Shown piece by piece: positions 56,835-64,000 of a stretch of 64,000 nt of DNA. Location: the IMG/VR virus record IMGVR_UViG_3300031841_005424, positions 14,586 through 78,585 of that record, one strand, 5' to 3'. The first letter of the stretch is position 1. Each line of letters begins with the position of its first letter. Origin of the DNA: a virus. The notes under the pieces are model-generated. The model had not been told where the DNA came from, ran no database searches, and saw nothing but the letters and a program-made list of their open reading frames with translations. The position numbers were made by a program, and so were the translations under genes.

Positions 56835-58421
56835 TTATCCCTTAAATAGCCAAGGAAACTGCTCTAAGGCTTGAGAGTGCTTCTTAGCTGAATCTTTAAG
56901 CTTCATATTTTTGACGCCTATCATTCCGTTTATTCTAGTATCTAATTCGTTACTCGTCTTGGTGATAGCCCCAATAAAAGCTTTGTTATATTCCAAGTCT
57001 CTTTGACTAGATGCAAGAGCTGTGTCTCTTATCCAACAACCAACAGCGCAAGCCATAATTAAATCGTCGTTATAAGACCTCATAGCTTGGGGACGGCCGT
57101 GATTCCACACAAAAGTCTTCATCTCTGCCAATAGACGTGTCGAATATATCTTAATTAGGTCATTTCTTATAAATTCTTCCATCTTTGCAACAATCAAAGG
57201 CCGGGTCTTCGAAGTCATAGAAAATCCCGCAACTGCATTGCTCATGGCCTCGGCTTGATACTCTTCCACATATTCATGTGTAGATTTTACTGAGTAATAC
57301 AAATTGGGATATTGCGATTCTCTAAGTTTATCTAGAACTGCAAATCCCACCGTATTGTTTTCAACCACTAAAAGTGCATTACCATATTCTAACCCAATAT
57401 CATGCAAAATTTTAGAAAAAATATCAGGAGTTACTTTGCCTCTATATTCCGCGACGATCTCCATTGTTTTGGTTTTGAACACTAGAGCTGTTGAATAGTC
57501 TTTACCATCACCACGGGCGACGTCGGCAGATATAAAATAATCATCACCCTGTTGATAATTCTCCCAAATCCAAAGATTCCTGTCAAACCCCGTTCTATAT
57601 TTGGGCTCTTCGCAGAGATTTAGGTATTTCTCTAAATCTTCCGAAGAGAAGACAGTTTCTCCGGACATATTAAAATTGCATTCCAGTTCTTGAGCAATCT
57701 CTCGCCTAGACATATTTCTGGTTTCTTTTTCAAACCACTGTTGATCCCTATCTGGATGGACAGACCATGGTAATATAGTTGGATGAAAATCGTTTGTTTG
57801 CGATTCTGACTCTGTGTATATTTTATGAAACCAGTTTCCAACACCGTTTGGGGTAGACAATGCTATGCAGCGACCACCAGTTGATAGCGTAGGGTACAAG
57901 CCCATCCACAACTCTTCTAGCCCTTCAACGTGCGCTGCCTCGTCGATTACCAAAAGCGATAATGCTTCAGAACGACCTGCGTCGCCAGAAGTAGATGAAG
58001 CCTTTATCTGCGAACCATTAGAAAGAACAAAAGAGGTTCTGTTGTCTATTTCGACATTGGAGATTCTTAGCCAGTCTGGTAGATTTCTGATTATTGATTT
58101 TACTTTTTTTACTAAATTCGCTGCTGTATTGAATTTAGTTGCGATGACCAAGACATTCTTTTCTCGGTGAAACATCATAAGCCAGGCAACGTAAGCGGCG
58201 GTAATAGTAGAGATACCCAACTGTCTCGCCTTTAAGATTACGTTGAAACGATAATCTTCAAAGTCTTTCAGCAAATCTTTTTGGAAATCATAAATATGAA
58301 AAGGAATTAACCCCTCTTGAGGGTGAGTAATCTTCGCATAAGTATTGATGAAATAGTCTGGTGTTTTTCCACACTTAACTATCTCTTTCATTACTTCTTT
58401 CTTCGAAAGAGAGTAGGTCAT
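56835..58421 (-). CDS. Terminase large subunit (gp17-like)
   Basis: KARQLGIST, IDEAA, STPNG, QELEC, ADVARGDGKDYS, DDLIMA. Confidence 0.96.
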   Translation of the reverse strand: MTYSLSKKEVMKEIVKCGKTPDYFINTYAKITHPQEGLIPFHIYDFQKDLLKDFEDYRFNVILKARQLGISTITAAYVAWLMMFHREKNVLVIATKFNTAANLVKKVKSIIRNLPDWLRISNVEIDNRTSFVLSNGSQIKASSTSGDAGRSEALSLLVIDEAAHVEGLEELWMGLYPTLSTGGRCIALSTPNGVGNWFHKIYTESESQTNDFHPTILPWSVHPDRDQQWFEKETRNMSRREIAQELECNFNMSGETVFSSEDLEKYLNLCEEPKYRTGFDRNLWIWENYQQGDDYFISADVARGDGKDYSTALVFKTKTMEIVAEYRGKVTPDIFSKILHDIGLEYGNALLVVENNTVGFAVLDKLRESQYPNLYYSVKSTHEYVEEYQAEAMSNAVAGFSMTSKTRPLIVAKMEEFIRNDLIKIYSTRLLAEMKTFVWNHGRPQAMRSYNDDLIMACAVGCWIRDTALASSQRDLEYNKAFIGAITKTSNELDTRINGMIGVKNMKLKDSAKKHSQALEQFPWLFKG

Positions 58422-58428
58422 TGCCGCC

Positions 58429-58932
58429 TCAGCTATTCAAGCCTGCGAGTTTATTGATCTTTTCAAATTCAGGAGCTGGCTCCGATGGCTCACTGGCTGG
58501 CATGTTGTCTTCACTCCCAATGCCACCAATCTTCCAGCATTTGTGGGCCTTAACGCTAACTCTGATTCTAGATATGTACTCAACAAGTATGTCTATTTCG
58601 CTGCCATCTGTCAAAGAAAGCGCTGACTTTTTGATCTTCTTGTACTCTTTTTGAATGAAAGATTTAACGTTTTCAACCATGGACTCCGTATCTGATTCAA
58701 AGCTGTTTGCATGAACTTCTTTTAGTGGTATTTCTGCATGATACTTGATGTGAAGGCGATCGCCAGAAACATTTGCTCCAAAACCATCCATAATCCTAGA
58801 ATCAATTAATGGATTCCCTTCTTCGCGGCGGAGACCAATCTTGACGGGGTCTCCATTTTCGTCAAGGGCACCATCATATGTGTTCGATAATACCTGGGAT
58901 ATGCAATTAACAATATCTAAAGTTGTAGCCAT
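58429..58932 (-). CDS. Hypothetical protein upstream of TerL
   Basis: 167 aa; late motif at 58969-58976; C-terminal KINKLAGL. Confidence 0.7.
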   Translation of the reverse strand: MATTLDIVNCISQVLSNTYDGALDENGDPVKIGLRREEGNPLIDSRIMDGFGANVSGDRLHIKYHAEIPLKEVHANSFESDTESMVENVKSFIQKEYKKIKKSALSLTDGSEIDILVEYISRIRVSVKAHKCWKIGGIGSEDNMPASEPSEPAPEFEKINKLAGLNS

Positions 58933-58968
58933 GTGTAAAAATCCTCTTACTATAGGTAGTTTATAATA

Positions 58969-58976
58969 TAAATAGT
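58969..58976 (-). promoter_or_regulatory. Putative late-promoter motif upstream of the terminase operon
   Basis: ACTATTTA. Confidence 0.65.
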
Positions 58977-59350
58977 TACTTGTTTGGTCTCCATCCCGTT
59001 TTCCACCTCTCTTCTCTTCCTTCTACGTACTGAATATAACAATTGAAACAGCACTGAAACTTAATCATATATAAATCATCCATGCCTTTCGTAGAATAGA
59101 CAGAACAAACGGGACAAGTCCTTTCCTCATTAGTTTTACCTTTTCGGGTAATCACATTGAATCCCTCTTTTTCTTCTAGGGATTTCTTTTTTCTTTTTTT
59201 GTTATAAAATTCCTTAAGTTCTTCAAGATAAGCTTTTTCTTTTTCTTCATTCCAAGATGACTTAGGGTTTTGTATGGCTTCTTGACCATACTTTTCTTTT
59301 ATTGCTTTTTCAAATTTCGCAACTTGATTGTAATCTATCTCTTTCTTCAT
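58976..59350 (-). CDS. Hypothetical Zn-finger protein
   Basis: CPVC...CCFNC. Confidence 0.7.
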   Translation of the reverse strand: MKKEIDYNQVAKFEKAIKEKYGQEAIQNPKSSWNEEKEKAYLEELKEFYNKKRKKKSLEEKEGFNVITRKGKTNEERTCPVCSVYSTKGMDDLYMIKFQCCFNCYIQYVEGREERWKTGWRPNK

Positions 59351-59778
59351 TTTGCCACTGAAAATATCAATATACTAACGGCGATTCCAGAAATAAACCC
59401 ACCGGAGGCCCACCAAAGTGAATAATCATTTGGAGTCTTTGATACTATCTCTGTTAATCTATTTATTTCCTTGTCTTTAATCTTTATAATCTGCTCGTTT
59501 TGGCTTGTAAGTGTATCTATTCTTAACTTTAGATTGCTAATGGTTAAGTTAGAGCGTGCTCTCTCTTTTTCAAGTTCATGATCCAACTTAAGTGCACATT
59601 TCTCGTCTGCAAACTTAAGTTTAGAGATTATCTGAGCATTCGCAAAATCATCGTAACACCAGGAATCAAACTTAGCAGGGGAACCCTCTTGCAACCTAGT
59701 AAATCTACCCCCCTCTGGGGCCGGGGAGGCAAAAGACGGGAAAGCTAAGAACATGGTCAGTAAGGCTATTACCCTCAT
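59347..59778 (-). CDS. Membrane-anchored coiled-coil protein (spanin-like)
   Basis: Signal peptide (AFPSFA), coiled coil, C-terminal TM helix. Confidence 0.5.
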   Translation of the reverse strand: MRVIALLTMFLAFPSFASPAPEGGRFTRLQEGSPAKFDSWCYDDFANAQIISKLKFADEKCALKLDHELEKERARSNLTISNLKLRIDTLTSQNEQIIKIKDKEINRLTEIVSKTPNDYSLWWASGGFISGIAVSILIFSVAK

Positions 59779-60074
59779 TGTATCTCTCTGTCTCGAATCA
59801 AAGCTTGATAGGTGGAAAGCCTCATAACTGTGACCTTTTCAGTGTTAAAGTCACACTCTGCAAGTAACTTTTTTAACATCTTAGATCGGCGGCCTGACCG
59901 GCACACGAACACGATCTCACTTTCCCTGAAGTCACTACAGTATTCACAAAAAGCGTCCAAATTTGCTATAGCCTTTGTATATGGGTATGCCTTCAATCCA
60001 TCTGCCTGTGTGTGCATCACTTCAGATTCACTTCTGGTATCGATAAAAACTCTATTCAACATACTTAAATCCAA
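59775..60074 (-). CDS. Single-domain rhodanese-like protein
   Basis: FIDTRSESE and active-site loop VFVCRSGRRS. Confidence 0.75.
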   Translation of the reverse strand: MDLSMLNRVFIDTRSESEVMHTQADGLKAYPYTKAIANLDAFCEYCSDFRESEIVFVCRSGRRSKMLKKLLAECDFNTEKVTVMRLSTYQALIRDREIQ

Positions 60075-60456
60075 AAAGATCTTCTATTTTCTTTTTCACT
60101 TCTTCTGGTTTTTTTCTAGATTTGACTAGAATATCTTTTATTTCTTGTTTTTCTTCTTCTTTGAGGATTCTATTTTTCTCTTCGAAGTCTTTATTGAGCT
60201 TTTCCACTATCTTTTCGTACTCTTCTATGAGTCCATCTCTTTTGAGTATTTCCTCATTATGAGTTTTACGCAAAACAGCTACCTGCTCCTCATAAGATTT
60301 TTTCTTAGCATCCAGTGCCTCTTTTAGAGCATCACTATTTCTACGAAATAAAATACCGACTACAATAGTATACACTATTATGGCTGGTATTTTCCAATTT
60401 TCTTTTAACCAAATCCAAGTTTTTTCAAATATTTGTGTTATTTTTAGCCAGGCCAT
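60052..60456 (-). CDS. i-spanin-like protein
   Basis: N-terminal TM helix then long coiled coil, directly after the holin-like gene; likely start MAWLK. Confidence 0.55.
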   Translation of the reverse strand: MAWLKITQIFEKTWIWLKENWKIPAIIVYTIVVGILFRRNSDALKEALDAKKKSYEEQVAVLRKTHNEEILKRDGLIEEYEKIVEKLNKDFEEKNRILKEEEKQEIKDILVKSRKKPEEVKKKIEDLFGFKYVE

Positions 60457-60460
60457 TTTG

Positions 60461-60667
60461 CTATTCCGATGAGCCATGCTTCCACTTGACTGCCATATCA
60501 ACTAGAGCCTGAGTTCCAATATAAGCTAATGTGATGGCTGTCCAGTTATCACTTGTCACTGTACCATAAGCACATAAGGCTGAAGCTGTTAGCCATGCCA
60601 AAAACTTCCTCGATATAAACTTTTCTGTATACTTGTCAGCAAAAGCCTTGATTTGTTCTGTCATCAT
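60461..60667 (-). CDS. Holin-like protein
   Basis: 68 aa, SRKFL followed by two TM helices and Q.LVD. Confidence 0.6.
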   Translation of the reverse strand: MMTEQIKAFADKYTEKFISRKFLAWLTASALCAYGTVTSDNWTAITLAYIGTQALVDMAVKWKHGSSE

Positions 60668-60676
60668 TGCATCCTC

Positions 60677-63600
60677 CTAGATGTTTACGTGTGCAAATCC
60701 TTTCTTTCTTTCGATATTGATTTGCATATCAACACAATCCTTTAGACTATCTAGATGTGAAATAAGAATAACTGTCTTAAAATATCCTTTTATCATATCT
60801 AATATTCTGACGAACCCTTCCATATTTTCTTCATCAAGAGCAGTTCCAGGCTCATCTAATATAAATAGATCAGACTTGGGCAAACTAGAAACTGTTAAGA
60901 ATGCTAACCTGATTGCCATAGAGGCGATGGTCTTTTCTGCTCCAGATCCCATCTCCAATGGCCGGGGCTCATGACGAGGATGCTTTATAAATATGTCAAG
61001 CTTATCTTCATTGTTTGTTATGAAGACTTCAAAGTCAACAATGTTTGTCAATATTTTTGCAATCTCTTGGTTAATATGAGGCAACCTTCTCTTGATAACC
61101 TCATAAGAAACACCATTGGGGTGACAACAAGTCATCAACAGGTGATAGGCTGCAAAATCGTTCTTTAAACTCTCATATTCGAGAAGCTGCTCTTCTACAT
61201 GTTTGAGTTTCTGTTCTAAAGATCCGTGCTTTTTGTGCAAGCTTAAAACCTCGTTATCGCAAGCCTCAATTCTGCTAACATAATGTGCAATGGTTTTTTC
61301 TGCGTCTTTCTTATTCTTCAGGAGACCCTTCAGATTTTCTATCGCATCTTTGTTTTCTTCATATTCCTGGCTTTTATTTTGAAGCTGTTCCAACTCCACT
61401 TGTTCCTTGAACAGGAGAGCATCTGCTTTTTCTATTATTAGGCGACTTGTAGCTATGCTTGTTGCCAGTGTGTTTCTTTTGTCTAAAAGAAGGTTATACT
61501 TTTCTAGATGTTGTTCTACTTTTTCTGGACTTAAATCTGCCATTTTAGTACCAAGGCTATTTAACTCACTAGAGCAACTAGAGATCTTGGAATCAGCTAT
61601 TTGAATCAGCTCTTCTGCTGCGTGGGCGTCTTTAATAAACTTGCAAGTTGGAAATTGAACCCCACAAGGAACCTCAGATAAGAGCCTTTGCTTATTAATA
61701 TATTGGCTTCTAGCTTCTGATTCAAGCTTCAAATTTCTAACTAGGTTTGATATTTTCTCTCTGCTTTCGTCTATCAGCGTTTTTCTCTCTTCATATGAAG
61801 CTATATCAAACTGTTCCAAAAAGGCTGCAATCTTCTGAAACTTTTCTTCACTTAGTGCCAGTTCCTGCATTGCTTCTGTTTTTCTTGATGTCTGCTCTAA
61901 GATGGATTCTTGCTTTTGGGCAATCTTTTGAGATGTTATTATTGGGTCAATAATCTCTGCCGGTACCGACCTTATCTTTGCATCAATAGTCTCGAGGGCC
62001 TTTTCAGAATCTTGTTTCTGGCCTTTTATTGTTTGGCATTCCGCTTTACAACTCTCAATTGCTAGCTCGCTTTTAGTAATTTCTTTTTTTATTGATTGTA
62101 TCTCGGCCTCAAAATCAATGCCCTCCAGTCGACGAAGAGATGCTTTTGTCAAAGCGGAGTCCTCTTTTGCTAACCTGAATTTTCTATCAAAAAGATCTAG
62201 GTCTAAAAACTTGGCCAAAAACTCTTTTCTCTTTGTAGAACCCTCATTAATAAATGACAACGAATCAAGCTGACTAGCCATAGAGGTTGATAGAAAGTCC
62301 TGCAAAGTGCCAAAATACTTTCTCACATTCTTGTCGGTATCTTGCCTAGATGTACCATTAAGACCAGTCACGTTCCCTGACATATCCTGCTTAAAAAACT
62401 CTAGATCTGTGCTAGCTTCGGTTGTCTCTACACCCTTGAGCCTCTTTGTATACTTTTCAGATGTACGCTCAACAACATATTCCATATCGTCAATCTTTAT
62501 ATTAGCTCGAGCTAAACACGAAGGCCTGTTCTGGTTGATGATATTTAAGTTTTTTCTAATTGATTTCGAAGTTGAGTTATAGAGCGAATATAATAAAGTA
62601 TCAACTATTGAAGATTTTCCGGAATAGTTTTTCCCAAATATTCCGACAATTCCCTCAAGCTTTGTAAAATCAATGCTGTTACCATCTCCGTAGTTAAACA
62701 GATTATCCCACTCTAAAGACTGTAAAGACCAGTGAACATTTCTCATGACGTCTTCATCTTCTGTGATTTGTGTGTTATATTTCTTATTTAGATCGTAGAC
62801 CTTTTTCATAACATCATCTGTCACTTCAAACTCTTTAAGGTACTCTGAGATCAAAGACTCTTGAGTTTTAAGATCTCTCAAGTCTTCATTTCTCATGCCT
62901 TCCGGCGCTTGAACTGCTATCTGTTTACCAGCTGCGCGATTAAGATAAGTCACCGATTCGGGACTATATCTGTATTTCACTATATCAACGGCTTTTCTAA
63001 CCTTATCTAAAGTTACGTTTTCAGCCGATACGATCCTGAGTCTTGCTCCCTTGGGTGGCTTCTTTCTGGGTAGGTTTCCTGATTTTGTTAGCTCTAAGGT
63101 GATAAAAGGCTTTGGGTTAACAAAAGTAACAAGCCTATTAGTGAATTTCTCTTTACTTTCGATATCCCACAGCAAATAGCCTTTGTCTAAAGATTCACCA
63201 AAGTTTTGTTGAACTGTTGATCCAGCATACCAAATGCGACCTTCTGAGTCTAATTGTTGGGTTTTGTGGATATCGCCAAGGAAAGCGAAGTCAAAACTAT
63301 CAAAGATGCTAATATCATGGTCACCTCCCAAGGTCCAATTCTGGTCTGTCTTTGATTTGTCAATGGCACCATGGTAAAGTGCTATATTAACTATGTCTTC
63401 GTTCGTAGGTTTTGTCCAATTTTCTTCATCGAAAACAGATAGGACGTTCAAACAAAAACTTTCATTTAGCTTTGTCTCTCCGGCGTTTCTTAGAAGAATA
63501 AGGTTAGGATTGTTAATAGCCTTCACGATAGGGCTGATTGCATCTTGGCGGCTATCGTTTCTTAAATTGCCGTCATGATTGCCTAGTATAATATAGGTTG

Positions 63601-63814
63601 GAGCTATAGCTGCCAAGTTTTCAAAAAACTCACGACACATATCCACAAACTCTGGTGATATTTGTGTTTTGGTGTGTGCGATGTCTCCGCAGTGAATAAT
63701 GTAGTCTACTTTTTCTTCTTTTAGTGATTTATATAGTTGTTTGAATACTTCTCTATATTCAAAGTGATACTTTAGGTTGCGGATATGCGTATCCGCAATA
63801 TGAGCAAATCTCAT
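60677..63814 (-). CDS. Fused Mre11(SbcD)-Rad50(SbcC) nuclease-ATPase
   Basis: ADTH, GDIAH, GNHD, GDIH phosphoesterase motifs; GKNYSGKS Walker A, coiled coil, GSGAEK signature, ILDEP, ISH. Confidence 0.93.
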   Translation of the reverse strand: MRFAHIADTHIRNLKYHFEYREVFKQLYKSLKEEKVDYIIHCGDIAHTKTQISPEFVDMCREFFENLAAIAPTYIILGNHDGNLRNDSRQDAISPIVKAINNPNLILLRNAGETKLNESFCLNVLSVFDEENWTKPTNEDIVNIALYHGAIDKSKTDQNWTLGGDHDISIFDSFDFAFLGDIHKTQQLDSEGRIWYAGSTVQQNFGESLDKGYLLWDIESKEKFTNRLVTFVNPKPFITLELTKSGNLPRKKPPKGARLRIVSAENVTLDKVRKAVDIVKYRYSPESVTYLNRAAGKQIAVQAPEGMRNEDLRDLKTQESLISEYLKEFEVTDDVMKKVYDLNKKYNTQITEDEDVMRNVHWSLQSLEWDNLFNYGDGNSIDFTKLEGIVGIFGKNYSGKSSIVDTLLYSLYNSTSKSIRKNLNIINQNRPSCLARANIKIDDMEYVVERTSEKYTKRLKGVETTEASTDLEFFKQDMSGNVTGLNGTSRQDTDKNVRKYFGTLQDFLSTSMASQLDSLSFINEGSTKRKEFLAKFLDLDLFDRKFRLAKEDSALTKASLRRLEGIDFEAEIQSIKKEITKSELAIESCKAECQTIKGQKQDSEKALETIDAKIRSVPAEIIDPIITSQKIAQKQESILEQTSRKTEAMQELALSEEKFQKIAAFLEQFDIASYEERKTLIDESREKISNLVRNLKLESEARSQYINKQRLLSEVPCGVQFPTCKFIKDAHAAEELIQIADSKISSCSSELNSLGTKMADLSPEKVEQHLEKYNLLLDKRNTLATSIATSRLIIEKADALLFKEQVELEQLQNKSQEYEENKDAIENLKGLLKNKKDAEKTIAHYVSRIEACDNEVLSLHKKHGSLEQKLKHVEEQLLEYESLKNDFAAYHLLMTCCHPNGVSYEVIKRRLPHINQEIAKILTNIVDFEVFITNNEDKLDIFIKHPRHEPRPLEMGSGAEKTIASMAIRLAFLTVSSLPKSDLFILDEPGTALDEENMEGFVRILDMIKGYFKTVILISHLDSLKDCVDMQINIERKKGFAHVNI

Positions 63815-63844
63815 TTATCCTCCGATAATTGCTATTGTAGGATT

Positions 63845-63873
63845 AGTATAACAGGAGTTTTAGGGGGTGTCAA
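63845..63873 (-). promoter_or_regulatory. sigma70-like promoter for the Mre11-Rad50 fusion
   Basis: TTGACA-17-TATACT. Confidence 0.8.
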
Positions 63874-64000
63874 CTAAATTCTTTTGAGGCCCAATTCTTC
63901 TAATTGAGATGGGGAAAGTTTCTCTAAAATAATCTGGAAAGCCATCTTTTCAGATTCTGTAATGGCGTTAATCTCGCCTGTTGCCGCAAGATGCTCCATC
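63874..64000 (-). CDS. 3' end of a gene entering from the right edge (...LEELGLKRI*)
   Basis: Open frame ending at TAG 63874-63876. Confidence 0.55.
   Translation of the reverse strand, partial: MEHLAATGEINAITESEKMAFQIILEKLSPSQLEELGLKRI

Larger units (their letters stand above)
1..64000 (-). mobile_element. Segment of a large lytic myovirus (T4-like head/tail module, DnaE-based replication)
   Basis: Terminase, portal, protease, capsid, sheath, tube and baseplate genes plus replication genes, all co-oriented; no host housekeeping context or integrase. Confidence 0.97.

Noticed and set aside
1713-63578. All plus-strand ORFs in the track (e.g. 7498-8121, 39325-39981, 48450-49196, 49212-49901)
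   Set aside because: They are antisense shadows of well-supported minus-strand genes, Ser/Phe-biased and without recognisable motifs
1-64000. Alternative genetic code (stop-codon reassignment, as in some large phages)
   Set aside because: Conserved genes are full length in the standard code, and TAA, TAG and TGA all occur as natural ends
1-64000. tRNA, rRNA, introns or inteins
   Set aside because: Intergenic gaps are short with no cloverleaf seen by eye; DnaE, NrdJ, RecA, DnaB and TerL have normal lengths without intein motifs. A covariance-model scan was not run

Overview
The window is a 64-kb segment of a large lytic myovirus with T4-like virion genes. Genes are densely packed and all on the minus strand, in the standard genetic code with GGAGG-type Shine-Dalgarno (SD) sites. 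Reading right to left: a fused Mre11-Rad50 (SbcD-SbcC) nuclease; a holin/spanin-like cluster with a rhodanese inserted; terminase, portal, prohead protease, a phage-encoded ribosomal protein bS21, scaffold and major capsid; neck proteins, a 1209-aa repeat fibre, sheath, tube, tail chaperone, tape measure and baseplate. Next come a miniature family-A DNA polymerase coupled to a degenerate tubulin/FtsZ-fold protein; gp32-like SSB, RecA, 5'-3' exonuclease, DnaB, class II RNR, a GapR-like protein, GroES and ThyX; a myxobacterial-type Cys-rich repeat/VWA lipoprotein; a nucleotidyltransferase-like pair; DnaE (Pol III alpha), a YkuD-like enzyme, dUTPase, IMPDH/GMPR, a stand-alone sigma region 4, ClpP, GroEL and glutaredoxin. 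Two promoter classes are visible: sigma70-like TTGACA-17-TAnnnT before replication and chaperone genes, and a recurring sense-strand nCTAnTTA (mostly ACTATTTA) motif before virion genes. The best novelty candidates are the mini-PolA/tubulin pair, the late-promoter motif, the VWA adhesin-like lipoprotein, a likely +1 frameshift in the tail chaperone, an internal start in the fibre gene, and shared capsid-targeting-like peptide motifs. All product calls come from motif recognition by eye; no database searches were run.
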